From positions 13,020,001 to 13,084,000 of the forward strand of contig NC_058368.1 in NCBI RefSeq assembly GCF_018350175.1: a stretch of 64,000 nucleotides of DNA, read 5' to 3'. This stretch comes from Felis catus. Lineage: Eukaryota. The notes under the pieces are model-generated. The model did not search any database, had not been told where the DNA came from, and saw nothing but the letters and a program-made list of their open reading frames with translations. The position numbers were made by a program, and so were the translations under genes. Shown in pieces: positions 1 to 12,408 of the stretch (positions are counted from its first letter, which is position 1; each line of letters starts with the position of its first letter).

Positions 1-264
1 GCAAATTTCCTAAAGGAGTATTTTTGTTGCTATAATTTTGCATTTTCAAAGCCATAGCTCAAGATAAAGCCTAACCACAAGAAACAGGATTGTATTTTAT
101 ATTATGCCCCCAAAACAAGAGTTGCAAACTAAAATGCCTTCAAGGCCATGAAGGTAACTTCAAAAAATAAAGTAATTGGAAGTTTGCATGTTAAATATGT
201 TGGCATATTCTTCACTTCCTCAGGGAAATATGTTCCATCCCACTTTTTAAATCATATTTTATTT

Positions 265-700
265 TTAAACTTTTTATTGAAGCTTAACTTATGTTCAGAA
301 AAACCTTAAGTTTCAACTTTATGAATTTTCACGAAGTAAGAGCACGCATGAAACAAGCATGAGGTTGAGAAACAGAATGTCATTAGCACCCTATAGAGGC
401 CCCCCTTGGAACCTCTCATGGTCATTACCTTTCCTGGAGGTAACCATTATACTGAATTTTAACATTGTAGATCAATTTGGTATTCCTATTTTTGCATCTT
501 ATACAAGTCGAATCATACAGCAAGCATATAGTATTTTATTATCTTGTTTTCTCAGCATTGTGATATATATTTGTGATTTCTTCATTCTCATCACTGAATA
601 GCGTGTCATTGTATGAATATACTACAATTTATTTAACTATTTTAAATAGGGATTTGGGTACTTTTCAGTTGTCTCTATCACAAAAGGTGCTACTATAGAC
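265..700 (-). mobile_element. Ancient L1M (L1MC/ME-type) 3' end fragment
   Basis: T-rich start and antisense L1 3'UTR-like motifs (ctttttattgaag..., gtaaccattatactgaatttt, cattgtatgaatatactacaatttattt); degenerate. Confidence 0.6.
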
Positions 701-708
701 ATGCTATT

Positions 709-1080
709 AGGCCCCATACCTTCTTGCTCTATGAACATTTTCCATTTGGGCATTCCTGAGTTGTACCCTTTATAATAAAGGATGGATAAAGTAAACCTAA
801 GTACACTATTTTTCTGACTTCTGTGAACTGTTCTAGTAAATTATTGAACCTGAGGAGGGGATCGTAGGGACTCCTGATTTATAGCCAGTTGGAAGTATGG
901 ATGGCTCTGGACTTGTGGCTGGTGTCTGAAGTGGGGGCAGTTTTGTGAGACTGAGCCCTTAACCTGTAGTATCTGTACTAAGTCTGGGTCAGTAGTGTTA
1001 GAATTGAATGGAATTTCTGGACACCACTTGGTGTTTGGAGAATAAGAGAATTGGTTGTGGTGTCAGAAAAAACACTCCAG
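709..1080 (+). mobile_element. MER21-like LTR fragment
   Basis: Motifs ttctgtgaactgttctagtaaattattgaacctgaggagggg, gactgagcccttaacctgt and gtgttagaattgaat match the recalled MER21C consensus; a similar copy lies at 62480-62990. Confidence 0.65.
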
Positions 1081-1121
1081 AGCATAAAATTATTTCCTCT
1101 TGTCCTTTAAATATTGGTCAA

Positions 1122-1238
1122 GGGGTGGCTTAGTTGGTTAAGCATCTGACTCTTGGTTTCTACTCAGGTCATGATCTCAAGGTTGTGGGATTAAGCCCCA
1201 CCTTGGGCTCTACACTGACAGTGTGGAGGCTGCTTGGG

Positions 1239-1286
<48 letters not shown>

Positions 1287-1375
1287 CCTTCTCTGCTCAT
1301 GCTGTCTTTCTCTCTCTCTCTCTCTCTCTCAAAATAAATAAATAAAAGTTTAAAAAAATAAAAAAAATTAAAAAT
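1122..1375 (+). mobile_element. Can-SINE (older SINEC subfamily)
   Basis: tRNA-derived head ggggtggcttagttggttaagcatctgact, (CT)n tract, aataaa/A-rich tail. Confidence 0.9.
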
Positions 1376-1379
1376 AAGT

Positions 1380-3329
1380 ATTTGTTAATCTGAGATGATG
1401 TCATCTTTGCATATTTCTGATTTTGGCAGTTCGTATTCTTTTTTTTTTCTTGATTCATCTTCCTACAGGTTTAGTCATTTTACTAATATTTAAAAATCCT
1501 TTTGACTTTGTTGATCTTCCTTGTTGAATACTTGTTTTTTATTTTGTTAATTTCTATTCCAAATGTATTGTCTTCCTACTTCCTTAATTTTTTTTTTAAG
1601 AGAGGAAATAATTTGTTGAGTTTTTATCTAAATTCTTGAGTTAGATACTCAGATCACTAATTTTCAACTTTTCTTCTTTCCTGATGTATTAATCAAGGTT
1701 ATAAATGCCTTTCTAAGGATTGATTTAACCGCACTCCACAAGTTTTATTATGTCTTAATCTTTACTATCATTCAGTTCAAAATATTTTTTTATTTTTCAC
1801 TGTTTTTCTTCTTGATTTTAGAATTATATTGCTTAACTTCCAAACACTTGGTACTTATCTCAGTCAGAGAATATTCTTTGTATGATTTCAGTCCTTTGCA
1901 AAATTTGTTGAAAATTGCTTTATAGCCTAACATATTGCCAATTTTGATAAATACTGTATGTGCAAAGCATATCCTACAAATGATATGTGTAGTATTTGAC
2001 ATATGAGAAACATGCCAGGCATGTTCATCATTTTGTTCTTATATCCATTGTTTTACTATATTGTCTTCTCTGGGGTAATAAAATATTTCTATTTCTTTAT
2101 TTTAATTCCAATTATCTTGTCTGTTATACCTTCTTCTGTTATTTTTTAATACCTACACTTGACTTACTGCAGTCAAATAAAAATATTCCTTTTATCAATT
2201 CTCTGATTATGTTGGAAACTCTGAATACTTTAATTCCATTTATTCTCAATCTGCCTTTCCCAATGCTGTTTCACCTATTTTAGTGCACCTATTTAGTGCT
2301 CTGCACCTATTTAGTGCTCTGCAGGGCATCATTATTATTGTTTTGTACAGTTGCCCCCCATTTATATTTATCCAAGTATTTATCACTTTATGCCACCTTA
2401 TAATCTCTTTTGCATTTTGTGCAAGACTGTTTTCCTTTTGCCTGAGGACTTTCCTTTAGTAATTATTTTAGGAAAGTCTACTGGTGGTAAATTTTCTCAG
2501 TTATTGTTTGTCTGAAAACATCTCAATTCTACCTTCATTTCTGAAGGATGTTTTCATAGCCTATATACTTCCAGTTTGGCTCTATAAAAACATCCTTGTA
2601 TTGTCTTCTGGCTCCCACCTTCTCTGTTAAAAGAGCAGCCCAGTCTTTTTATTTCTCCTCTGAAAATAAATGCCTATTTTCTCTGTCTGTCTTTAAGATT
2701 TTTCAGTCTTTGGTGTTTGGCAGTTTTACTACAGTGTGCCTAAATGTGGATTTTTTTTTAATTTTAAATTTTGGTGTTTATAGCCTTCTTGAATATATGA
2801 GTTGATGTACCTAGTCAATTTTGAATATTCTAAACCATATCTATTTAATATGGCTTCTGCCACATTCTCTGTATTATCATTTTAGGACACTGATTGTGTG
2901 TATCACAGAACTTATTAAGATGTCTTATATATTTCTTATAGTGTTTTCTGAATTTTCCAGATTGTTTTAATGCTTTCATCTGTATATTTTTTCTGTTCAG
3001 TAAAATCATCTTTTCAACTGGGCCCAATCTAATGATGAGCTCATCTATTAAATTATTGATTTTAGTTATTGTATTTTTTAGTTATAGAATTTCTATTTGA
3101 TTTTTTAAATACATTTGACTTTTCATCCAAAATTCTCTTATCATCATTTTTTGGCCATATTAATCACTGCTATTTTAAAGTCTATGTCTGGTAACTCTAT
3201 GTCTGGATAATCCCTTGGTCTGTTTCTATATTCTGTTTTCTTTTTGTCTTGACTATATTTCTTGGTATATCTGGTAATTTTTAATTGAATGCTAGACATT
3301 GTGTATGATCATAATAATATCTTCATAGA
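1380..3329 (-). mobile_element. Ancient L1M ORF2-start/ORF1 remnant
   Basis: T-rich antisense L1-like sequence; ~1440-1520 resembles the reverse complement of the [12 protein letters not shown] region; continues as a 5'-end remnant on both sides of the young L1. Confidence 0.6.
2272..2321. repeat. 18-bp tandem microduplication (cacctatttagtgctctg x2 plus a partial copy)
   Basis: Read directly: 2286-2303 and 2304-2321 are identical; partial copy at 2272-2285. Confidence 0.9.
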
Positions 3330-3343
3330 GGAAATTAATTTTA

Positions 3344-3562
3344 TTTACTTATTAAAAAAATTTAAATGTGTATTTTTGAGAGAGCAAGAGACAGAGCATG
3401 AGTGGGGTTGGGGCAGAGAGACAGGTTGACACAGAATCTGAAGGAGGATCCAGGCTCTGCATTGTCAGTGCAAAGCCTGATGTAGGGCTCAAACCCATGA
3501 ACTGTGACATCATGACCTGAGCCGAAGTCAGATGCTTAACTGACTGACCACCCAGGTACCCT
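3344..3562 (-). mobile_element. Can-SINE (SINEC_Fc2-like)
   Basis: Antisense SINEC body; 14-bp TSD ggaaattaatttta at 3330-3343 and 3563-3576. Confidence 0.95.
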
Positions 3563-3673
3563 GGAAATTAATTTTAGATTATGATAGGTAGTGAGAGTAG
3601 GGCAGATCACCCCAATCCAGTTAGGGTCAGGGCTCAATCTGGTCTGGAGAGGAGTATTTTAAAGAACTTAACT

Positions 3674-4595
3674 GGATCCTGGGAAGATGGTGGCATAGGA
3701 GGATGCTGGGCTCACCGCACGTCCTGCTGATCACTTAGATTCCACCTACACCTGCCTAAATAACCCAGAAAACCACCAAAAGACTAGCAGAATGGAGTCT
3801 CTGGAGCCAAGTGCAGATGAGAGGCCCACAGAAGAGGGTAGGAAGGGTGGCGAGGCAGTGCGCGCTACACAGACTGGTGGGAGGGAGTCGGGGCAGAGGG
3901 GTGGCCCACAAGCCGGGCAGAGCCCCCGAGTCTGGCTGGCAAAAGCAGAGGGACCAGACGGAGTGTGTTCCGACACCAAGCAGGACTTGACATCTGGAAG
4001 GTTATAAGCTAACAGCTCTGCTCGGAGAACGGGAGGGCTGGAGGACAATGGGAGGGAGAGTTGTTGAGCCCCGGACGACAAAGCTCAGCTTGGCAGGGAA
4101 CAAAGGCGCTCGCCAGCGCCATCTCCCTTGCCCATTCCTCAGCCAAAATCCAAAGGAAACCAGTTCCTGCCAGGGAACTTGCTTGCACCGCGCAAACACC
4201 CAAAGCTGTGCTTCTGCGGATCCATTCCTCCGGCGGGTCTGACTCCCTCCCGGTGCCACAGGGCCCCTCCTGAAGCAGATCTCCCAAGGAAAAGCGAGCT
4301 GAGCCTGCCCCTCCCGCCCCCGTGCACCTTGCCTACCCACCCCAGCTAATACGCCAGATCCCCAGCATCACAAGCCTGGCAGTGTGCAAGTAGCCCAGAC
4401 GGCCACGCCACCCCACAGTGAATCCCGCCCCTAGAAGAGGGGAAGAGAAGGCACACACCAGTCTGACTGTGGCCCCAGCAGTGGGCTGGGAGCAGACATC
4501 AGGTCTGACTGCGGCCCCACCCACCAATGTAAGTTATTTAAGACAGCACAGGGGAAGTGCCCCGCAGTTCCACACCACTCCAGGGACTATCCAAA
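3674..4595 (+). promoter_or_regulatory. L1 5'UTR internal Pol II promoter
   Basis: GC/CpG-enriched relative to the flanks; YY1-like aagatggtgg near the 5' end (CpG-decayed AAGATGGCGG). Confidence 0.75.
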
Positions 4596-5490
4596 ATGAC
4601 GAAACAGAAGAATTCCCCTCAAAAAAACCTCCAGGAAATAACAACAGCTAACGGACTGATCAAAAACGATTTAAACAATATAACAGAAAGTGAATTTAGA
4701 ATAATAGTCATAAAATTAATTGCTGTGCTTGAAAACAATATAAAGGACAGCAGAGAATCTCTTGCTACAGAAATCAAGGGACTAAGGAACAGCCAGGAGG
4801 AGCTAAAAAATGCTATCAATGAACTGCAAAATAAAATGGAGACAACTACAACTCGGATTGAAGAGGCAGAGGAGAGAATAGGTGAACTAGAAGATAAAAT
4901 TATGGAAAAAGAAGAAGCTGAGAAAAAGAGAGATAAAAAAATCCAGGAGTATGAGGGGAAAATTAGAGAACTAGGTGATGCACTAAAGAGAAATAATCTA
5001 CGCATAATTGGTATTCCAGAGGAGGAAGAGAGAGGGAAAGGTGCTGAAGGGGTACTTGAAGAAATAATAGCTGAGAGCTTCCCAGATCTGGGGAAGGAAA
5101 AAGGCATTGAAATCCAAGAGGCACAGAGACCTCCCTTCAGATGTAACTTGAATCAATCTTCTGCACGACATATCATAGTGAAACTGGCAAAATACAAGGA
5201 TAAAGAGAAAATTCTGAAAGCAGCTAGCGATAAACGTGTTCTAACATATAAAGGGAGACCTATAAGACTCTTGACCGATCTCTCTACTGAAACTTGGCAG
5301 GCCAGAAAGGAATGGCAGGAGATCTTCAATGTGATGAAGAAAAAAAATAGGCAGCCGAGAATCCTTTATCCAGTAAGTCTGTCATTTAGAATAGAAGGAG
5401 AGATAAAGGTCTTCCCAAACAAACAAAAACTGAAGGAATTCGTCACCACTAAACCAGCCCCTACAAGAGATCCTAAGGGGGATCCTGTGA
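4596..5490 (+). pseudogene. L1 ORF1p (coiled-coil/RRM/CTD RNA-binding protein), +1 frameshift near the C-terminus
   Basis: MTKQKNSPQK...RNNLRIIGIPEEEE...ARKEWQEIF...YPVSLSF; an extra C at ~5458-5461 puts the ancestral ...LQEILRGIL* stop (tga 5488-5490) out of frame. Confidence 0.95.
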
Positions 5491-5540
5491 GACAAAGTAC
5501 CGGAGACATCGCTACAAACATGAAACCTACAGACATCACA

Positions 5541-8500
5541 ATGACTCTAAACCCATATCTTTCTATAATAACACTGAATGTAAATGGACTAAATGCGCCA
5601 ACCAAAAGACATAGGGTGTCAGAATGGATAAAAAAACAAAACCCATCTATTTGCTGTCTATAAGAGACTCATTTTAGACCTGAGGACACCTTCAGATTGA
5701 GAGTGAGGGGATGGAGAACTATTTATCATGCCACTGGAAGTCAAAAGAAAGCTGGAGTAACCATACTTATATCAGACAAACTAGACTTTTTTTTTAATTA
5801 AAAAAATTTTTTTTAACGTTTATTTATTTTTGAGACAGAGAGAGACAGAGCATGAACGGGGGAGGGTCAGAGAGGGAGACACAGAATCTGAAACAGGCTC
5901 CAGGTTCTGAGCTGTCAGCACAGAGCCCGACGCGGGGCTCGAACTCACGGACCGCGAGATCATGACCTGAGCCGAAGTCGGCCGCTTAACCGACTGAGCC
6001 ACCCAGGCGCCCCAAGACAAACTAGACTTTAAATTAAAGGTTGTAACAAGAGATGAAGAAGGGCATTATATAATAATCACAGGGTCTATCCATTAGGAAG
6101 AGCTAACAATTATAAATGTTTATGTGCCGAATACAGGAGCCCCCAAATATATAAAACAATTACTCATAAACATAAGCAACCTTATTGACAAGAATGTGGT
6201 AATTGCAGGGGACTTTAACACCCCACTTACAGAAATGGATAGATCATCTAGACACATGGCCAATAAAGAAACAAGGGCCCTGAATGATACATTGGATCAG
6301 ATGGACTTGACAGATATATTTAGAACTCTGCATCCCAAAGCAACAGAATATACTTTCTTCTCGAGTGCACATGGAACATTCTCCAAGATAGATCACATAC
6401 TGGGTCACAAAACAGCCCTTCATAAGTATACAAGAATTGAAATCATACCATGCATACTTTTAGACCACAATGCTATGAAACTTGAAGTCAACCATAGGAA
6501 AAAGTCTGGAAAACCTCCCAAAGCATGGAGGTTAAAGAACACCCTACTGAAGAATGAATGGGTCAACCAGGCAATTAGAGAAGAAATTAAAAAATATATG
6601 GAAACAAATGAAAATGAAAATACAACAATCCAAACGCTTTGGGATGCAGCGAAGGCAGTCCTGAGAGGAAAATACATTGCAATCCAGGCCTATCTCAAGA
6701 AACAAGAAAAATCCCAAATACAAAATCTAACAGCACACCTAAAGGAAATAGAAGCAGAACAGCAAAGGCAGCCTAAATCCAGCAGAAGAAGAGAAATAAT
6801 AAAGATCAGAGCAGAAATAAACAATATAGAATCTAAAAAAACTGTAGGGCAGATCAATGAAACCAAGAGTTGGTTTTTTGAAAAAATAAACAAAATTGAC
6901 AAACCTCTAGCCAGGCTTCTCAAAAAGAAAAGGGAGATGACCCAAATAGATAAAATCATGAATGAAAATGGAATTATTACAACCAATCCCTCAGAGATAC
7001 AAGCAATTATCAGGGAATACTATGAAAAATTATATGCCAACAAACTGGACAACCTGGAAGAAATGGACAAATTCCTGAACACCCACACGCTTCCACAACT
7101 CAATCAGGAGGAAATAGAAAGCTTGAAGAGACCCATAACCAGCGAAGAAATTGAATCAGTGATCAAAAATCTCCCAACAAATAAGAGTCCAGGACCAGAT
7201 GGCTTCCCAGGGGAGTTCTACCAGACGTTTAAAGCAGAGATAATATCTATCCTTCTCAAGGTATTCCAAAAAATAGAAAGGGAAGGAAAACTTCCAGACT
7301 CATTCTATGAAGCCAGCATTACTTTGATTCCTAAACCAGACAGAGACGCAGTAAAAAAAAGAGAACTACAGGCCAATATCCCTGATGAATATGGATGCAA
7401 AAATTCTCAATAAGATACTAGCAAATCGAATTCAACAGCATATAAAAAGAATTCTTCACCATGATCAAGTGGGATTCATTCCTGGGATGCAGGGCTGGTT
7501 CAACATTCACAAATCAATCAACATGATACATCACATTAATAAAAGAAAAGATAAGAACCATATGATCCTGTCAATCGATGTAGAAAAGGCCTTTGACAAA
7601 ATTCAGCACCCTTTCTTAATAAAAACCCTCGAGAAAGTCGGGATAGAAGGAACATACTTAAAGATCATAAAAGCCATTTATGAAAAGCCCACAGCTAACA
7701 TCATCCTCAATGGGGAAAAACTGAGAGCTTTTTCCCTGAGATCAGGAACACGACAGGGATGCCCACTCTCACCGCTGTTGTTTAACACAGTGTTGGAAGT
7801 TCTAGCATCAGCAATCAGACAACAAAAGGAAAAAAAGGCATCAAATTTGGCAAAGATGAAGTTAAGCTTTCACTTTTTGCAGATGACATGATATTATACA
7901 TGGAAAATCAGATAGATTCCATCAGAAGTCTGCTAGAACTGATACATGAATTTAGCAAAGTTGCTACAAAATCAATGTAAAGAAATCAGTTGCATTCTTA
8001 TACACTAATAATGAAGCAACAGAAAAACAAATAAAGAAACCGATCCCGTTCACAATTGCACTAAGAAGCATAAAATAACTAGGAATAAATCTAACCAAAG
8101 ATGTAAAAGATCTGTATTCTGAAAACTATAGAAAACTTATGAAGGAAATTGAAGTAGATATAAAGAAATGGGAACACATTCCGTGCTCATGGATTGGAAG
8201 AATAAATATTGTCAAAATGTCAATACTACCCAAAGCTATCTACACATTCAGTGCAATCCCAATCAAAATTGCACCAGCATTCTTCTCGAAACAGAACAAG
8301 CAATCCTAAAATTCATATGGAACCACAAAAGACCCTAAATAGCCAAAGTAATTTTGAAGAAGAAGACCAAAGTGGGAGGCTTCACAAACCCAGACTTTAG
8401 CCTCTACTACAAAGCTGTAATCATCAAGACAGCATGGTATTGGCACAAAAACAGACACATAGACCAATGGAATAGAATAGAAACCCCAGAGCTAGACCCA

Positions 8501-9601
8501 CAAACGTATGGCCAACTAATCTTTGAAAAGCAGGAAAGAATATCCAATGGAAAAAAGACAAGTCTCTTTAACAAATGGTGCTGGGAGAACTGGACAGCAA
8601 CATGCAGAAGATTGAAACTAGACCACTTTCTCACACCATTCACAAAAATAAACTCAAAATGGATAAAGGACCTGAATGTGAGACAGGAAACCATGAAAAC
8701 CCTAGAGGAGAAAGCAGGAAAAGACCTCTCTGACCTCAGCCGTAGCAATTTCTTACTTGACACATCCCCAAAGGCAAGGGAATTAAAAGCAAAAATGAAC
8801 TACTGGGACCTCATGAAGACAAAAAGCTTCTGCACAGCAAAGGAAGCAATCAACAAAACTAAAAGGCAACCAACGGAATGGGAAAAGATATTTGCAAATG
8901 ACATATTGGACAAAGGGCTAGCATCCAAAATCTATACAGAGCTCACCAAACTCCACACCCGAAAAACAAATAATCCAGTGAAGAAATGGGCAGAAAACAT
9001 GAATAGACACTTCTCTAAAGAAGACATCCAGATGGCCAACAGGCACATGAAAAGATGTTCAACGTCGCTCCTCATCAGGGAAATACAAATCAAAACCACA
9101 CTCAGATATCTCCTCACGACAGTCAGAGTGGCCCTAATGAACAAATCAGGAGACTATAGATGCTGGCGAGGATGTGGAGAAACGGGAACCCTCTTGCACT
9201 GTTGGTGGAAATGCAAGTTGGTGCAGCCACTCTGGAAAACAGTGTGGAGGTTCCTCAAAAAATTAAAAATAGACCTACCCTATGACCCAGCAGTAGCACT
9301 GCTGGGAATTTACCCAAGGGATACAGGAGTACTGATGCATAGGGCCACTTGTACCCCAATGTTTATAGCAGCACTCTCAACAATAGCCAAATTATGGAAA
9401 GAGCCTAAATGTCCATCAACTGATGAATGGATAAAAAAATTGTGGTTTATATACACAATGGAGTACTAAGTGGCAATGAGAAAGAATGAAATATGGCCCT
9501 TTGTAGCAACATGGATGGAACTGGAGAGTGTTATGCTAAGTGAAATAAGCCATACAGAGAAAGACAGATACCCTATGTGTTCAGTCTTATGTGGATCCTG
9601 A
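5541..9601 (+). pseudogene. L1 ORF2p (APE endonuclease + reverse transcriptase), multiply disrupted
   Basis: MTLNPYLSIITLNVNGLN start, [26 protein letters not shown] (7876-7887), [16 protein letters not shown]; stops at 5661 and 9467, SINE at 5790-6014, frameshifts near 7355, 7830, 7965 and others. Confidence 0.97.
5790..6014 (-). mobile_element. Young Can-SINE (SINEC_Fc2-like) inserted in the L1 endonuclease domain
   Basis: CpG-rich near-consensus body; 16-bp TSD agacaaactagacttt at 5774-5789 and 6015-6030. Confidence 0.97.
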
Positions 9602-9866
9602 AAAACTTAACAGAAACCCATGGGGGAGGGGAAGAAAAAAAAAGAGGTTAGAGTGGAAGAGAGCAAAAGCATAAGAGACTCTTAAAAACTGAGAACAAAC
9701 TGAAGGTTGATGTGGGTTGGGAGGGAGGGGAGGGTGGGTGATGGGTATTGAGGAGGGCACCTTTTGGGATGAGCACTGGGTGTTGTATGGAAACCAATTT
9801 GACAATAAACTTCATATATTGAAAAAAAAAAAAAAAGAAACACACACACAAAAAAAGAACTTAACT

Positions 9867-10280
9867 ATTTGCAGTCTATTCTCAGGATATTGCCCTTCAG
9901 GAGTTGCATCAGAGAGCCAGGCTATTCACTGGACTTCATCTCCTTGATGAGCCCTGAAATTCAATTTTTGTCTCTCTGACACAATAAGATTGAGGATAGC
10001 TCTGCCTAGTTTCTCAGTCTTTTAGCTGACACTTTGTTCTGAGCCTCTTAGCTTCTAGTCTTGCTCTGCTCATGAATCAGCAAATACTTCAAAGGGCAAA
10101 GCAGAACACATTTTTGGTTTTACTTTTCTGCCTTTCCCTCCTTTCTGGAATTTTTGACCCTCAAGTTCTAGCTTCTTGGTTTCATGCTTTCAATTGAAGT
10201 CTTAAAATTTTATATATATTCTTTCTATTTGTATTTGGAAGGTATTAGTTTGCTGAAATCTAGTGTTTGCATAGCCAGAA
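9867..10280 (-). mobile_element. Ancient L1M 5'-end remnant (continuation of 3577-3660)
   Basis: gcccttcaggagttgcatcagagagccagg...gagccctgaaattcaatttttgtctc resembles recalled L1ME 5'-end consensus. Confidence 0.5.
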
Positions 10281-11950
10281 ATTATATGCTAATATAATTT
10301 TTATATAATGTTACCACATTGATGGCATCTGTTGGTATTTTATGCTTTTCTGCCTTCAACTTGTTTGCTGATATAATTTATATATGGATGATGTAGCAAA
10401 TACATTTCATATGTGGCACTGTATATGTAACTTATTTCATAACATATTTAAAATCACTAGTAGATATGTGGATTTCCATAAACTTTTATGGGTCAACACA
10501 AAACAAAAGTTTTGCTGTTAATACTATATCTTATCTAGTACATACATCTTTCCTTAAGATGATCACAAAACCCAGAACCCTCCATTTTTTTTCTTTTTGA
10601 AAGAATATAAACTGAGATGTATACAAAACCTATACATTTATAAAAATGTTTAGTGGCAAACCTCTCTCAACTTGTAATTAGTTTTAATATATGTTTCTTT
10701 AGCAAATTTGCTGTCCTCTAACAATATTTATGGACAAGACATGCATTTTGGTTTGATGTGGTATCATTTTCTGGATATTATTTGAACTATTATTACTCTT
10801 TCAGGAAGGATAACTACCTCTTCTCTGGTGTGTATCTTTTAAAATTTTAATATTTAGTGGAAAATTTCTAAGGAAGCATATAAACATTTCCCATTATATT
10901 TAATGGATTTTTGTCAAGTATTAGATTCAAAACTTTAAGTTTCTTTTTATCTTCAACATGTTATAAATATTTCATTTAAAAATTTTGAATCTTGCTAATA
11001 ATCATTCATATAAAAATTAGCTATTATTTTACTATGTCATGTACTTAGGAAGAGTTTCAACATTAATGACACTGGGCATGAATCCATATTTCAAATAATC
11101 TTGGTTGTGATTTCAACTTTTTGGTGTTTTATTGTGATGTCTGAGTAGTTTATATTATTTTTATGGTAATGAGGTTATAAATGATATAGGAACAGAATTT
11201 AGAATTTAGTAAAAAATTTAGGGGCAGAATTTAGAAGCACTTATTGTGTTTTTTCAGGGTACATGCTGTTGATTCAAGGACACTCCCTCCCCATTTGAAT
11301 GGTAGCTTAACATTTAACATTTTTTCTTCACATGAGCTGGATACTTGTGGTCAATGGGTACAGTGATTAGACTGAAGTGGAATGAAAATTGTTCCAAATT
11401 CTGTGAAGAAAATCTTGGGAAATCTGGTTCCTGCCTCTAGCAGTTGACTTGTTCCAATGATAGGAAACCTTGACTAATAAAGTGTATAAAGGCAGGGCTG
11501 TTCCTGTACTTCCCACCCTTGCCTTGATGAATGGAATGATGCTTGGAACTTATTCCACTGATAGCCATTAGAGGATTTCATGATTTTGATGGTCAGCCTC
11601 AATATTGTGGTGGTTTCCGTGATTTTAGCAAAGATCTTTAAGGAAAAACATTGTGCAAACTCTTTGTGTTATTACTGACATCTTAAAGTTTAATTAAGCT
11701 TTGATTTTTCATTTATGGACAAGGATAAGCACTGCCTCAATTTATGCAGGTTTCTGAGGTATCTTGAACTGGGGTCTCTAAAATTGATACTGTTGATGGA
11801 TTTGTTATATGAATTATCAAGCTTACTTGATAACAGGTGCCATTACAAAGTTTTCATTATGTAGAATTACAAATTTTTACATTGCAAAATTTTCATATGT
11901 AGTATGAATTATTTTTATTCCTATTTTACAAAAGAAGAAATTGAAGACTT

Positions 11951-12408
11951 TATTGTTGCATAACAAATTACCACACACTTATTGGCTTAAAACATCATCT
12001 ACATTTGATATTTCACATATACCCCAGGCTGGGCATGACTTAGCTGGGTCATATTCTCAGGATTTCACAAGACTCTAATCAAGGCACTGACTGGGTCTGA
12101 AGTCCTGTCTAAGGCTCAGGCATCCTCTTCCATGGCCACCTGGTTGTAGTAGAATTAGTTTTCTTACAGCTGTAGAACTCAAGGGTAGCTTGCTTCTTCT
12201 TGAGGCTTGAAGGAGGTTCTCTTCCGATTAACTTAAAGTAAACTGATTAAAAACTTTAATTATATCTGAAACATTTCTTGACTGCTGTTGTATTCTACTG
12301 AGAAGAAGCAAATCCACGGGTTCTACTGGTTAGGAGCAAACACTCAAAGGGAAGGGATTATACAAGAGTGCGACTAGTTAGGGATCACTGTAGAGTATGC
12401 CTTCCACA
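11951..12408 (-). mobile_element. MaLR (MLT1-type) solo LTR, inside a MIR
   Basis: ttattgttgcataacaaattaccacacacttattggcttaaaaca start typical of antisense MLT1; MIR-like sequence on both sides. Confidence 0.7.

Larger units (their letters stand above)
3674..9853 (+). mobile_element. Full-length felid LINE-1, inactivated
   Basis: GC-rich 5'UTR, ORF1, ORF2 (EN, RT, C-terminal Cys-rich), G-rich 3'UTR, aataaa and poly(A); 13-bp TSD aaagaacttaact at 3661-3673 and 9854-9866, with a tt|aaag target context. Confidence 0.98.

Noticed and set aside
1122..1200. tRNA-like A/B box sequences at SINE heads
   Set aside because: tRNA-derived SINE heads followed by CT tract and A tail, not tRNA genes
2272..2321. 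Short direct repeats as a CRISPR-like array (also 15736-15774, 47989-48018, 50169-50192)
   Set aside because: Only two or three adjacent copies, no unique spacers, eukaryotic context; ordinary slippage duplications
3746..4651. Cluster of overlapping ORFs in the L1 5'UTR, including an antisense 111-aa ORF (ORF0-like?)
   Set aside because: Expected in GC-rich sequence with few stops; the 111-aa ORF starts at TTG, and I see no similarity to primate ORF0
4619..9144. Antisense ORFs over L1 ORF1/ORF2
   Set aside because: Shadow frames of the A-rich L1 coding strand
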